64,000 nucleotides of DNA, from the NCBI GenBank assembly GCA_021816885.1, contig JAKAWS010000003.1, forward strand, positions 5,091 to 69,090, written 5' to 3'. The translations under genes were made by a program, and so were the position numbers. This DNA comes from Candidatus Micrarchaeota archaeon. GTDB lineage: Archaea; Micrarchaeota; Micrarchaeia; Micrarchaeales; Micrarchaeaceae. Below, one piece after another: positions 28,762 through 39,036 of the stretch. Positions within the stretch are counted from its first letter, which is position 1, and each line of letters opens with the position of its first letter. The notes below the pieces were generated by a model. It was not told the origin of the DNA and made no database searches. It saw only the letters and a program-made list of their open reading frames with translations.

Positions 28762-29837
28762 ACTTTTCTCCTCCATTTTTTATTTTTGTTCTTTTTGCCA
28801 TTGCCTTTTTTTATCGGCATATTTTCCTTCCAGTATCTCATACTATAAAATAGGAATATAGCGCCCAGCCCAACCCCAAACCAGAGGGTTGCAATCCTTT
28901 CCATGATTGTTACTGCTGAGCTCTTTGCGACGCTGAGCCCCATGACTGTCCTTAAAAGCGCAAGAAGAGTTCCATCAGTTACGCCTATATTGCCTGGAGA
29001 TCCTGTAGCCATACCTAGCACTGTGGAAGAGGTCTGTATGAATATGCTGTTCATAACATTCGGAAATACACCAACAGCGACTAGGCAGAGATAAAGAGCC
29101 AACGCGTTGAATACTGCAGCCGGGAGGGAGGTAGCTATCGAGACAAGATATACTTTTGGCTTATTCAATTTGCTCTGGAACGCAAAATATTCATCACCAT
29201 AGACGGTGAATCTTAGGAAGAATCTGCTCTTCATCATGCGCGGCTTTATGAAATTGTAGAACTTGCTGTTTAGGATGAAAAGGTAAGGCACCATAAGCGC
29301 GATATCGATTATAAGCACATACACAACATAAATCTTGAAATACAGTGCGGTAATAAGGGCCAATATACCTATGCCGACAAAGTCTGTAAATATATCGAAT
29401 GTAACTACCGGCAAAGTGCTTGCCAATCCATTCTTCGTTATCCTGTTAAGTGTATAAGCAACTATGACTCTCCCGAACTTCCCTGGCGTTATATTCATAG
29501 AATACAATGATAGATATGTGACAAGGTTCTTCTTCAAAGGCACGTGTATCCCAAGCTTTTTCAAGTAATAGTTCCATTTTATGAATCTGAGAAGGTAGCC
29601 AAAGAAAACCAGGACAAACGCCAAGAGATATATCCACAGATTTGCTGCCTCTATAATCCCAATGACCTTATCTATTCCCCCTATCCACGCAATAATGACG
29701 AAAACCGCAATGCTTATGAGAAACGCAAGTGCAACGAATATCGATATTGTGTTTATCCTGGATATATATTCCCTTTTTGTCATATTGCCTGTATCCGTAA
29801 AGGACTTCCAGAATCCGCTCCGTTTCTTAGCCCCCAT
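28758..29837 (-). CDS. UPF0104/flippase-like (LPG-synthase-TM-like) polytopic membrane protein
   Basis: 359 aa, about 8 TM segments. This family is often paired with glycosyltransferases, and a GT4 gene is adjacent. Confidence 0.45.
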   Translation of the reverse strand: MGAKKRSGFWKSFTDTGNMTKREYISRINTISIFVALAFLISIAVFVIIAWIGGIDKVIGIIEAANLWIYLLAFVLVFFGYLLRFIKWNYYLKKLGIHVPLKKNLVTYLSLYSMNITPGKFGRVIVAYTLNRITKNGLASTLPVVTFDIFTDFVGIGILALITALYFKIYVVYVLIIDIALMVPYLFILNSKFYNFIKPRMMKSRFFLRFTVYGDEYFAFQSKLNKPKVYLVSIATSLPAAVFNALALYLCLVAVGVFPNVMNSIFIQTSSTVLGMATGSPGNIGVTDGTLLALLRTVMGLSVAKSSAVTIMERIATLWFGVGLGAIFLFYSMRYWKENMPIKKGNGKKNKNKKWRRKV

Positions 29838-29843
29838 AAATAT

Positions 29844-30992
29844 CTAATCTCTGCAAACACTACAAAACAAAGTTTCATACTGTTTAGATATCTTACCCCA
29901 ATCGTGTACAGCCATCATCATTCTACGCCCCTCCGCAGACAATCGTCTTTTTTCCCGCCTATCCATATCCAATGCTTCCATAATCTTCATATATGTGCTG
30001 TGGGGATTCTTCGGCATGGTATACAATCCGCATTTACCCATCATCTCCGGCATGCCTCCTGTCCTGGCCACGGCGCAGAAAATCTCGGAAGAAAGCGCCT
30101 CTAGCAACGCGACAGACGCAGGCTCATATGTCGACTGTAAGGAGAAAAGGTCAGAAGCGTTATAGTAATAAGGGGCAGAATCGTGTCCCACCTTTCCGGC
30201 AAAGAGTACCGAGTCCAGCAGGCCAACCCGTTCTGAAAGGTTCTTAAGATACTGATATTGGGGTCCATCTCCAAGAATCAGCAGTTTCACATCTAATCTT
30301 TCAGAAACGTGGCGTACGGCGTTTATCAAATATGCATGCCCTTTTTGCGGAACCAGCCTTCCCACATCAATCAAAGTTGAAGAATCAAGGCCAAATCTGT
30401 CTCTAATCTTTTTAACTCTTGCATCTCTTCTGCCTCTTCTGACAAAGGCCCGATAATCAACCCCATTATACACCACATGCGACCTTCCCAAATGCCTCTT
30501 GGGAACCGTGGTGCGTATCGCATAAGTAGAAACTCCCGTAATGAGGTCTGCGTTTCCTATAATTCTTCTTCCAATCGCAGCGTCATACAAGAAACCCCCA
30601 TAATCCGTAAGGAGGTCTATGTTCTGCGGAAGGGAATTATGTATCGTAATGGCGAGCTTTCCGTTTTTCTTTATCTCATTGACATCTCCTAACGTGTACT
30701 GGAATCGATTGTTTATGTGATAAATGTCCGCACCGCATTGCCGTATCGCTTCTTTGACCCCATACATCTTCAGATAAGGAAGCGGAGCTTTAGGTATGTT
30801 TATATAATCGGTCTTCAACCTCACGACCTCAATCCCAAAAAGTTCTTCTACGCGCCTGTCCTCTCCAGGGAGGTTGCTTGTAACGACAGTAATCTGGTGC
30901 TTCTTCGCAAGCCTTCTATAGACTTCAAGTATCACTGTTTCAGTCCCCCCGCTATAAGGGTAAAAGAACGGGTTCAACACACATATTCTCAA
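29844..30992 (-). CDS. Glycosyltransferase family 4 (GT-B fold)
   Basis: N-terminus MRICVLNPFFYPYSGGTE and the GT1/GT4 C-domain EALSSEI...GGMPE. 382 aa. Confidence 0.75.
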   Translation of the reverse strand: MRICVLNPFFYPYSGGTETVILEVYRRLAKKHQITVVTSNLPGEDRRVEELFGIEVVRLKTDYINIPKAPLPYLKMYGVKEAIRQCGADIYHINNRFQYTLGDVNEIKKNGKLAITIHNSLPQNIDLLTDYGGFLYDAAIGRRIIGNADLITGVSTYAIRTTVPKRHLGRSHVVYNGVDYRAFVRRGRRDARVKKIRDRFGLDSSTLIDVGRLVPQKGHAYLINAVRHVSERLDVKLLILGDGPQYQYLKNLSERVGLLDSVLFAGKVGHDSAPYYYNASDLFSLQSTYEPASVALLEALSSEIFCAVARTGGMPEMMGKCGLYTMPKNPHSTYMKIMEALDMDRREKRRLSAEGRRMMMAVHDWGKISKQYETLFCSVCRD

Positions 30993-31108
30993 GGCACCAC
31001 ACTTTACGAGAGGAATTTGAATAATGTAGGAATCAAAAGAAAAGTATAATAAAGGTTTGATTTGGCTGTAACCGTTCCTTCGAACTGTATTTATACTGTT
31101 TCTACACC

Positions 31109-32575
31109 ATGAAAGCTATGGATTACAAGCGTAGGCCGAATGTCATAATGTTTATGCTTGACACTCTTAGGGCTTCAGATACGTATCAGAACAGCTCCCT
31201 AGAGAACTTAAACAGGATGGCAAAGGAAGGGGTAAACTACACCAATGCGGTAGCACCTGGCACATGGACAGCTACATCGCACGCATCGATGTTCGCAGGC
31301 AAGCCGGTCTCTTCAATACCAGAAGCGTCAAAAGACATGTTCAAGAACGGAACAAATAAGATAGACCCATGGTTCGTGAAAACGAAGTTCCTTCCGGACC
31401 AAGTCAGCACCCTCGCTTCAAAGCTATGTGCTATGGGCTATACTACAAGTCTCTTCTCAAATAATCCATTCCTAAACAGTATGACCAACCTCTCAACCGG
31501 ATTCAACAGTACATATGATCTTTGGAAAGAGACAAACACATCGAAGAGGGGAAAGCTTGTAGAGAGTGCGTCTGCGCTCCTTCAAGGCGGAAGTGCGACA
31601 AGGATAAGGATGATGGATATATCGTACTCGATAAGCAGGATATTTCCAAGAGAGGTGCTGGACAGGATATATCTTGATCTTAGGATAAGACTAGACAGGG
31701 GCGTCGCAGAGCGGGACTCCACATACAACATGGACAGAGGCGCAAAGAGCACAAACCATATGATAAAGAGGCACATCGAGGATACCGAGCAATTCGATAT
31801 AATGCCTAAATTCTATTTCATGAATTATATAGAAGCCCACGAGAACTATCCTGTCAGGAAAGAAGTAATACAAGACAAATGGTTATACATGAGTGGAATA
31901 TTGGAGTTAGACAAAAGCATAACAAAGGAGCTTCACGAAGCATATCTGAAGAGGATAAGGTATCTGGACAGGATGGTGGGCAAAGCGCTAGGGCTGATGA
32001 AGAAAGGAGGTATCTTAGACGATGCTCTGGTGGTATTCCTGTCTGACCACGGCCAGTTCTTCGGAGAGCACGGCCTTTTGTACCATTCCCTAACGCCTTA
32101 CAACGCGGTATCGAATGTGCCCCTCATATCTGTCCGCTTCAAGAACGGGAAGCCCTTAAAAGAGGGCAAGACGATAGCAGAGCCGGTAAGTCTGGGGCGC
32201 ATAGATGCCGCAATACAGAAAGTGGCGGACAACAGTTATCAGAACCTGAACGGGAACATGTTCGGTGATGTCTACTCGGAACACACAGGAATAAGCGAGG
32301 GCTGGGACGAATACCTACTATCAAAACTCAGGAAAAGGTCAAAGAGCGCAGACATGATCTACAGGGCAAAACGCCAAAGTAACAGGAGGTCGGTTGCAAT
32401 ATATGGGGATAAGTTTAAACTTATCCATTTCTACGGCAAAAGGATGGACGAGCTGTATGCGATAGAGGACAGTAACGAAGAGCGGAACGTGATAGGGGCA
32501 CACCAATCAGAACAGAAAAAGATGTTAAAGAGATACATAAAGTACGTCTCTAACCATACTCCTCTATTGACTTGA
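31109..32575 (+). CDS. Alkaline-phosphatase-superfamily sulfatase-like hydrolase/transferase
   Basis: [15 protein letters not shown] metal-binding N-terminus, Thr/Ser nucleophile region [26 protein letters not shown]. 488 aa. Confidence 0.55.
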   Translation: MKAMDYKRRPNVIMFMLDTLRASDTYQNSSLENLNRMAKEGVNYTNAVAPGTWTATSHASMFAGKPVSSIPEASKDMFKNGTNKIDPWFVKTKFLPDQVSTLASKLCAMGYTTSLFSNNPFLNSMTNLSTGFNSTYDLWKETNTSKRGKLVESASALLQGGSATRIRMMDISYSISRIFPREVLDRIYLDLRIRLDRGVAERDSTYNMDRGAKSTNHMIKRHIEDTEQFDIMPKFYFMNYIEAHENYPVRKEVIQDKWLYMSGILELDKSITKELHEAYLKRIRYLDRMVGKALGLMKKGGILDDALVVFLSDHGQFFGEHGLLYHSLTPYNAVSNVPLISVRFKNGKPLKEGKTIAEPVSLGRIDAAIQKVADNSYQNLNGNMFGDVYSEHTGISEGWDEYLLSKLRKRSKSADMIYRAKRQSNRRSVAIYGDKFKLIHFYGKRMDELYAIEDSNEERNVIGAHQSEQKKMLKRYIKYVSNHTPLLT

Positions 32576-33377
32576 CGTATTTCTGGCTGCAGACGCTTGC
32601 TGGAAGGTTGCCTGTCTTTTCGCATATGGCCGCGGTATAAAGGTTTGCAGTGCCCAATATCTCCTCGGTTATCTGGCTATTCGGATTTCCCAGAATTCCA
32701 ACAATCGTGCTCCAGTTGTCCCCGCCTATCATTTGCGGATTAATCGCGCTGCCTACCTGCAAGCTAGAGTTTCCAAAATCTATAAACGGGATGGAAGAGC
32801 CTTTGTCGTAGTTAGATAAGGTCGTACTTTCTGAAGAGTTTAAGCTCTGAAGCGGGTAATAGAAATTTATTGCGGGATCCGGCTTGTTTGTTGCGGTCTC
32901 TACAGGGATAAAGGAAATATAGCTGCTCGCGTAAGTGGAGTTATAAAATGTCAGCGTAGCTGTGTTTGGAAATACATCTGCAGCGCTAGACGTCATGTAA
33001 TGCAGTCCCGAGAAGCTCCCAAACCTCATAAGAGCTATAGCAAGAGCCCATCTGGTAACAGCGCAATACGGGCAGTATTCCGCACCTATATAAAGAATCT
33101 CTGGTTTTCCATTGAGCGCAAGTGGAGTTCCGTTTATTTTTGAGTATCCGTTATTGGATGCAAATGCGGTGCTTATGTTGTTTGCGAGCGTCTGGTTGTT
33201 TGCCACATTGTAAAGTCCGGAGTATATACTGTTGTTCAACGGCTGACCGTCGAAGATGTTAGCAGTCGCATTGCTGAGATGCGGCAATGGTGCAAACTGC
33301 GTATAGAAAATGTACGCAGCCACGATTATTATTATGGTTATTATTGCAATATACGGGAGATTCTTCTTATTCAACAA
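32550..33377 (-). CDS. Membrane-anchored thioredoxin-like protein (DUF929-like) with a CPYC motif
   Basis: N-terminal TM anchor, predicted extracytoplasmic domain with GAEYCPYCA (CXXC), and many N-x-S/T sequons. Confidence 0.45.
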   Translation of the reverse strand: MLNKKNLPYIAIITIIIIVAAYIFYTQFAPLPHLSNATANIFDGQPLNNSIYSGLYNVANNQTLANNISTAFASNNGYSKINGTPLALNGKPEILYIGAEYCPYCAVTRWALAIALMRFGSFSGLHYMTSSAADVFPNTATLTFYNSTYASSYISFIPVETATNKPDPAINFYYPLQSLNSSESTTLSNYDKGSSIPFIDFGNSSLQVGSAINPQMIGGDNWSTIVGILGNPNSQITEEILGTANLYTAAICEKTGNLPASVCSQKYVKSIEEYG

Positions 33378-33382
33378 AACAC

Positions 33383-33946
33383 CTAATGCCTATTCCTCAT
33401 CTTATTATTAAATTTTTCTTTGAGGATGTTATCCGAATAGTACAATACGCCTGCAATCGTCTTGCTATCAATTATCCTATTTTCCTTTATCATCTCCAAT
33501 ACCTTCTTGAGGCCGAGCTCGTGCACATCAATCAATTCATCGTCCTCTAGATTCGCGTGCCCGTTTTCAAGTCCTGAAGCGAGAAAGAAAACCTGTTTTT
33601 GGGCGTATGTGCCCGGGGCAGGATAACCAACAAAGAGTCTTTTCATGGAGCGCGCCGAATACCCTGTCTCCTCTTTTAGCTCTCTGAGGGCAGCACTTCT
33701 GTAGCTTTCTCCTTTGTCGACATGCCCGGCCGGCAGTTCGTAGATCCATCTGCCTATCACATGCCTGTACTGTCTTTCCAGCACAACCTTACCGTCCGAC
33801 TTTACCGGTATAATTACCACCGCGTCGTTTTCCTTGACTTTAACCATCAAGGTTCTTTTCTTATCCTTGCCCTTAAGCGTATACTCAAAAACAGAGAGTA
33901 TTTTGCCTTTGTATACTAACCTGTCCATGTGTAAGTATCGGAACAA
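33383..33946 (-). CDS. NUDIX hydrolase
   Basis: Nudix box [22 protein letters not shown]. 187 aa. Confidence 0.8.
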   Translation of the reverse strand: MFRYLHMDRLVYKGKILSVFEYTLKGKDKKRTLMVKVKENDAVVIIPVKSDGKVVLERQYRHVIGRWIYELPAGHVDKGESYRSAALRELKEETGYSARSMKRLFVGYPAPGTYAQKQVFFLASGLENGHANLEDDELIDVHELGLKKVLEMIKENRIIDSKTIAGVLYYSDNILKEKFNNKMRNRH

Positions 33947-33949
33947 ATC

Positions 33950-33957
33950 TATAAATA
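33950..33957 (+). promoter_or_regulatory. TATA box (tataaata) centred about -28 from tRNA-Trp
   Basis: Consensus archaeal TATA at the canonical spacing. Confidence 0.45.
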
Positions 33958-33980
33958 ATAATGCAGTGGAATCTTTTATG

Positions 33981-34118
33981 GGGGTTGTGGCGTAACCAGG
34001 CAGCGCAGTGGGCTCCAGATATTTAGTATTAAGTTGAGCCGTTTGGGCGATGATGAGAATCTGGAAATATGAATAGTGAAGTAACCTGCTGGTCCGGGTT
34101 CAAATCCCGGCAACCCCA
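33981..34118 (+). tRNA. tRNA-Trp (anticodon CCA) with a 65-nt intron at the canonical 37/38 position
   Basis: Acceptor ggggttg/caacccc, D-stem gcgt/gcgc, anticodon stem gtggg/cctgc with loop ctCCAg|a, T-arm ccgggttcaaatcccgg, discriminator A. The exons are split by 34019-34083. Confidence 0.8.
34019..34083 (+). other. tRNA-Trp intron (canonical position)
   Basis: 65 nt. Contains GATGATGA (box C-like, 34050-34057) but no clear CUGA box D. Confidence 0.6.
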
Positions 34119-34281
34119 ACCGGCTAAAGGTAAGATTTGACCAAAATTCTTATTTACCGTGTATGGTTGGTACCAATAAACCAGATATAATATGTAGTAA
34201 TGCATATTTTACATTAAAATATGCGTTAGAAACACAAAGCATACAACACAAGGATTTTAAGCGCGCTGCAGAAATATTAAC

Positions 34282-34539
34282 ATGCAACGGGAGGAAAAAG
34301 GAATAACTGTATCTGGCTTAGGCTGGATCCTTGCAGGACTAATCACACTCGTCATATGGAGAATAACTACGATTGAGGGCCCCCCTTACACAAACCCGCC
34401 CGGAATTCTAGCGCTCGGAATCTTTACAATCATATGTGGACTTGCACTTATAATACAACGGAAAAAAATAGGGGCAATCGTCAGGTCAAAGTATGCAGAA
34501 ACACGCCAGAAGCACAAAACTCCCACGAAGCGGAAATGA
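34282..34539 (+). CDS. Small 2-TM membrane protein, hypothetical
   Basis: 85 aa, two hydrophobic helices, basic C-terminus. Confidence 0.3.
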   Translation: MQREEKGITVSGLGWILAGLITLVIWRITTIEGPPYTNPPGILALGIFTIICGLALIIQRKKIGAIVRSKYAETRQKHKTPTKRK

Positions 34540-34602
34540 CACCGCCGTAATTACCACAAACTATAAAAAGATGAGACAGGAAGGGTTAGGGTAGTTGATA
34601 TA

Positions 34603-35451
34603 ATGCTTACCACCTTAGACTTGATTCATTCAATCATAATAGGGGTAGTTCAGGGAATATCCGAATGGCTCCCGATAAGCAGTAAGACCCAGATAATCAT
34701 AGCTTCAGAATACCTGCAGCATCTTACCTATTCTGAAGCTTACACATTCGGACTCTTCATGGAGATAGGGACAGTCCTGGCAGCGATAATATACTTCAGG
34801 AAGGACATACTTACACTAATCAATGCGCTTCTCGGAAGGAGCGACAGATATGGCAAAAACCTGCTTATATACGTTGTCGTAGCGACAGTCACGACTGGTA
34901 TTATAGGGGTTCCGCTCTATCTTGTGGCCGACTCCATAAGCGGCGTAGCGGTCGGCATACCGATGCTTATCATCGGAATGGTTCTCATCGGCGATGCAAT
35001 AATAATAAGGCATTCAAGAAAGAGAGCTAAGAGCAAGAACCTAAAGAAGTTTGAAGACCTGAAGACAAGAGACTACTTCATATTGGGTGGCGTGCAGGGC
35101 ATAGCTGCGCTGCCGGGAGTGAGCAGATCAGGCATAACGACCAGTGCCCTCCTTATAATGGGCACGGAACCCGATGAGGCATTCAGATTGTCCTTCCTCA
35201 TAGGCATATTTGCAAGCACGGCTGCAGCAGCCATGACCGTAATACTAAGCAAGGGCAACGTAATAGCATCGCTTGCAGGAATCGGCACCACTGGACTTAT
35301 AATAGCGATGATAGTCGCTATAATTGTCAGCCTTTTCCTGATTGACTTCCTTATAAAGATTGCAGGAAAGGCGAAGATAGTTTATGTGACCGCCGGACTC
35401 GGTATACTTGCAATGGGATTTGGTCTTGTATACCTAATATTCAACATATAG
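34603..35451 (+). CDS. uppP: Undecaprenyl-diphosphatase
   Basis: GVVQGISEWLPISS ... SRSGITTSALL BacA motifs. 282 aa. Confidence 0.85.
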   Translation: MLTTLDLIHSIIIGVVQGISEWLPISSKTQIIIASEYLQHLTYSEAYTFGLFMEIGTVLAAIIYFRKDILTLINALLGRSDRYGKNLLIYVVVATVTTGIIGVPLYLVADSISGVAVGIPMLIIGMVLIGDAIIIRHSRKRAKSKNLKKFEDLKTRDYFILGGVQGIAALPGVSRSGITTSALLIMGTEPDEAFRLSFLIGIFASTAAAAMTVILSKGNVIASLAGIGTTGLIIAMIVAIIVSLFLIDFLIKIAGKAKIVYVTAGLGILAMGFGLVYLIFNI

Positions 35452-35528
35452 ACAGACAGATATCTCTCAATATACGGAAACGCTGCTGTATCATGGAGAA
35501 GAATCTTCTTGTCTGAAGGAATGTTTGC

Positions 35529-36080
35529 ATGGAAAACAGACATAAGGCATGGCTCCTCTGCGAAGACCTGCTTGTGCGCATACGAGACGAGTTCGCCAGC
35601 GAAGCGATAGATCTACTCGACAGGGAGATAAAATCCGGGAACATAGCCATAAACGGAGAGGTAAGCAGCGCGCCAGAGCAGGACCGCGAATACGAAAAAA
35701 AGATGATGGTGATAGGCAACCTGCTCAAAGAAAAAGGCGAGTTGCGCACGAAGTACTCAAAGTATGTGGAGGACAACGGAGAGAACAACCCGAAGATGCT
35801 GGAGCGCATCGAGTCGTTAAGAAAGTTCTTGCTATCGGTAGAGAGCATATCTATACTGATAGGCTATGTGAACGAGATAGATGCATGGATTAAGGAAGTA
35901 TCTGGAGAGGTAAAGGCGCAAAGCGTATCAGACATATTAAGCAGTACATACGGGGTTTCTGCAGAGCGAAAAGAGATACTGCGCCGTGTGCTAACAAAGA
36001 AAAAGTTTATAGATGACAGGATAATATCGAAAGAGGAGTATGCTCAGATAAGCTCTGCGATAGAGCACTCCTCATCTTAG
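35529..36080 (+). CDS. Hypothetical protein with a C-terminal SHOCT-like segment
   Basis: 183 aa, helical. The C-terminus ERKEILRRVLTKKKFIDDRIISKEEYAQISSAI resembles a SHOCT motif. Confidence 0.3.
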   Translation: MENRHKAWLLCEDLLVRIRDEFASEAIDLLDREIKSGNIAINGEVSSAPEQDREYEKKMMVIGNLLKEKGELRTKYSKYVEDNGENNPKMLERIESLRKFLLSVESISILIGYVNEIDAWIKEVSGEVKAQSVSDILSSTYGVSAERKEILRRVLTKKKFIDDRIISKEEYAQISSAIEHSSS

Positions 36081-36176
36081 GAACGAATACCGTATGCCGC
36101 GGCCCCAAAGCATCCTGACACCACTTTCAGTGCTGAGAGTCCACAAAACTCTCAAGGAAAGTTAAACCGTTTCGAT

Positions 36177-37364
36177 TCAGGCCTGTCCCTGCTCTGTTCT
36201 GAGACGATGCAGCGGCAGATGCCCGTTCGTTATTCCCTCTCCTGCGAGCATCCTAAGCGCCGACACGTTTTGCGCGAGTCCGACAGCGGCTATCGCAGAT
36301 GCCAGTTCGCGTGAATTATTGCAGCCTGTCATCTCAAGAAGCCCTTTCACTATCGGATTTGTGTTTATTACCCCGCCTACGACCCCTACAGGTATCGGTA
36401 TTTTAAGGCAGCCATATAGATTTCCGTCATCCGACCTCTCATAATAACTGAGCGGAGAGTAAGGTCTGCCGAACGCAGCGTACGAATGCGCTGCAGCCTC
36501 CATTGCCCTAGTATCCTGACCAAGCGCGTTAGCTGCTCCTATCACCCCATTCATTATTCCTTTGTTGTGGGTTGTCGCCCTGAATTGGTCATTTGCTGCC
36601 CACTCGCTGAGTGCCACAATTCTGTCTATCATCTCATCCGGACTTATTTCTACAATATTCCCATTCATCTCCTTTCTTAGGCCAATCGCGTTTCTGTCGA
36701 ACTTCGCCGCACACGTTACTACCCTGCCTATATGCAAATTAGACAGTATTCTTCCTACGACCTTGCCGCCTGTTATCTCTTCAAGAGGTTTTGCCATGGC
36801 CTCTGCCATTTTACTTACTGCATTCGCTCCCATGGCCTCCATGCATTCTACATCAAAATCTATTATCAGCTGTTGGCCGCACTTTGTGTCTATCACTTTG
36901 TTTCTTATGCTCCGGATGCCTCCTCCGGCCGCAACCAGATGCGGAGATGCTTGATTTCCCTCCTCGGTCAAACTGTCGGTTGAGGCATTGATCTTTTCAA
37001 TCGCCTCTTCCATCCGATATGCAGGTATTCCGATTATCTGTATCTGGCCTGTTGTCTCCGTCTTGTTTACAGCCGTCTCAAAGCCCCCCGTACTCGCAGC
37101 CATCTTTGCGCCGTGTGAGGCAGCCGCCACAACACTCGGTTCCTCTGTCACTATAGGTATAGGTCTCACTTTTCCATCTACTGTGATTTTGACAAGTCCT
37201 ATGGAGAACGGCATGAATCCGATATGGTTTTCCCCTTTTTTGAGCTCTATCTCTTTCCAGCCCCTTATTGCGCTCATCCCATCCTCTGAGATAGGAGAAT
37301 TATCTTTTATGTAATCTAAGCGCTCGTTTAGGTCCATATCTCTAAATTTTTTTGTCTCGGGCAT
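36177..37364 (-). CDS. hmgA: 3-hydroxy-3-methylglutaryl-CoA reductase (class I)
   Basis: EAMGANAVS (DAMGMN-like) and IPVGVVGG (GTVGG-like). 395 aa. Confidence 0.9.
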   Translation of the reverse strand: MPETKKFRDMDLNERLDYIKDNSPISEDGMSAIRGWKEIELKKGENHIGFMPFSIGLVKITVDGKVRPIPIVTEEPSVVAAASHGAKMAASTGGFETAVNKTETTGQIQIIGIPAYRMEEAIEKINASTDSLTEEGNQASPHLVAAGGGIRSIRNKVIDTKCGQQLIIDFDVECMEAMGANAVSKMAEAMAKPLEEITGGKVVGRILSNLHIGRVVTCAAKFDRNAIGLRKEMNGNIVEISPDEMIDRIVALSEWAANDQFRATTHNKGIMNGVIGAANALGQDTRAMEAAAHSYAAFGRPYSPLSYYERSDDGNLYGCLKIPIPVGVVGGVINTNPIVKGLLEMTGCNNSRELASAIAAVGLAQNVSALRMLAGEGITNGHLPLHRLRTEQGQA

Positions 37365-37682
37365 GTTTGCACCGATAAGACATTTTTCGGTCCATATATA
37401 AAAAGAACATATTAAGATTAGACATTAGACGAAGTTTGGTAACAACTTAACAATCTTATGATTTTGGCTTAGTCTGAAATTCCAATATCGACATCAGCGT
37501 GAAGCCCGTGTCCACCTTAGGGCAACATTAGTCACACGTGTAATGATAGTTAGTGAATTATCTGCATTGACACGCAATCCCCGAACCGGACATACCCGTC
37601 GCTATCAAAATCAGTTAAGTATAAATATTTGAAAGTAGGTATGTGTAGTAAAGTAAACAACGCTCCATCCGCAAAAAGGATA

Positions 37683-37690
37683 TTTATATT
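37683..37690 (+). promoter_or_regulatory. TATA-like box (tttatatt) about -30 from tRNA-Leu
   Basis: A/T box at canonical spacing. Confidence 0.4.
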
Positions 37691-37715
37691 TATTTAACTG
37701 AGAAAATATCAGCGT

Positions 37716-37811
37716 GCAGGGATGGCGGAGCATGGTCAAACGCGACAGACTCAAGATCTGCTGGCTTAGGCCTACGGGAGTTCAAAACGAGAACAAATCT
37801 CCCTCCCTGCA
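37716..37811 (+). tRNA. tRNA-Leu (anticodon CAA, type II) with an 11-nt insertion (putative intron) in the T-loop
   Basis: Acceptor gcaggga/tccctgc, 3-bp D-stem, anticodon loop ctCAAga, long variable arm (tggcttaggcctac), T-stem gggag/ctccc, discriminator A. The T-loop is 18 nt (ttcaaaacgagaacaaat). Removing 37784-37794 gives ttcaaat. Confidence 0.7.
37784..37794 (+). other. Putative non-canonical tRNA intron (T-loop 56/57) in tRNA-Leu
   Basis: 11 nt, aaaacgagaac. Its 3' end (gaa) pairs with T-loop nt 54-56 (ttc), the same architecture as the tRNA-Lys insert. Confidence 0.5.
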
Positions 37812-37847
37812 CAGGACATTCACAAAGTGTAAAATTTAGGTGTAAAA

Positions 37848-38564
37848 ATGAGCAAAAAGACAGAGAAGAGCAAGAATAACGCAGTAAAGTCGAAAATATA
37901 TGATATACCTAGCTATGCGCAGAGCGAGGAGTTTACCGGTTCCGCAGCCTGCGTGATGATGGTCTTAAAATACATAAACAAGGATTTCAAGATGAAGAAG
38001 GACACGGAGTTCGAGATATGGAACGACGCTATAGGCGGTAGCATCTGGCACGGCTCGAAGTATGGGATAGCGTACGCATTGGCAAAGAGGGGCGCTAAGC
38101 CCAAGATAATAAGCAATAATCTAAAAGATGAGGGATACGAGAAGAAGTTGGCCGTATACGAAGGGACAAACCTTGATACCCTCAAGGCATCATACAACGA
38201 GATAAGGGAAAAGGTAAAGACCCTTAAGATCCCAGAGGAGCACAGGCAGGTGAGCACCAACACCATAAAGAAGGAACTTGATGCAGGACGGATACCTATA
38301 GTTCTGATAAACTCCAGCTACATGGAGGACAAAAAGACCTCGGATAAGGAGGATGCAGGGCCGCAGTGGGTGGTAGTTAAGGGCTACGATTCCGACACGC
38401 TCTACATAAATGATCCATTTGCAGACAGCACTATAGAGATGGAGCCTCAGTTGTTCAAGTCGATCCTGGGTTACGACTTAGAGATGAATGTAATCTCTAT
38501 ATCGAGCAGGAGGCAGAACGAGAAGAAACCCGCCAAGAAAACCGCCAAGAAAAAGGGCAAATAA
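37848..38564 (+). CDS. Peptidase C39-like (papain-fold) domain protein with a Lys-rich C-terminal tail
   Basis: GSAACVMMVLKY (Cys region) and PQWVVVKGYDSDTLYINDP resemble the Peptidase_C39_2 pattern (C...HxVVVxGYD...NDP), with Gln in place of the usual His. Confidence 0.45.
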   Translation: MSKKTEKSKNNAVKSKIYDIPSYAQSEEFTGSAACVMMVLKYINKDFKMKKDTEFEIWNDAIGGSIWHGSKYGIAYALAKRGAKPKIISNNLKDEGYEKKLAVYEGTNLDTLKASYNEIREKVKTLKIPEEHRQVSTNTIKKELDAGRIPIVLINSSYMEDKKTSDKEDAGPQWVVVKGYDSDTLYINDPFADSTIEMEPQLFKSILGYDLEMNVISISSRRQNEKKPAKKTAKKKGK

Positions 38565-38582
38565 AGAGACTGCGGGCCAAAA

Positions 38583-38822
38583 CTAGCCCGCCTCAAGCCT
38601 CTCTACTTTTGGGTATAGACTGCTGTCTTCACTGACAAATAGCCCGTCAGGGCTAATTCCAGAATAACATCTCAAACACAAGTGTCTCTTTTCCACAGGG
38701 AGAAAGAGTTCATGCAGCTCCGCAGAAGACACAAGGAACTTTACATCTTGGTTTTTCAGGAGCTTCCTGCACAGAGAGCAACGCATGCCTCCAGTAAGCC
38801 TATTTGTATCGTATAGATCCAT
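38583..38822 (-). CDS. Small zinc-ribbon protein, hypothetical
   Basis: 79 aa, two CxxC pairs (CSLC...CLRC). Confidence 0.35.
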   Translation of the reverse strand: MDLYDTNRLTGGMRCSLCRKLLKNQDVKFLVSSAELHELFLPVEKRHLCLRCYSGISPDGLFVSEDSSLYPKVERLEAG

Positions 38823-39036
38823 ATCCCCATCCCTTAATTAACCCCATTAATAAGATCTTTTTTTCTTTATATATAAACTTTTTCCATCCCTTAATTCCGC
38901 TAAACCGTTTCCACCCCAACAAGTTACGAGAGACGGAAAACCAGAAAACGGATGGTTTTTAAACATATTTTACCGCGCCGTTTGTTTTTCATAGAAAGCC
39001 TTTTATAAATTCGAGCGCATTTAATCGTGTGGTAAG

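Noticed and set aside
34050-34057. Box C/D sRNA inside the tRNA-Trp intron
   Set aside because: Only one GATGATGA is present. No CUGA box D, no second C'/D' pair and no convincing K-turn or antisense element, so it is not called as a feature and is kept only as a low-confidence finding.
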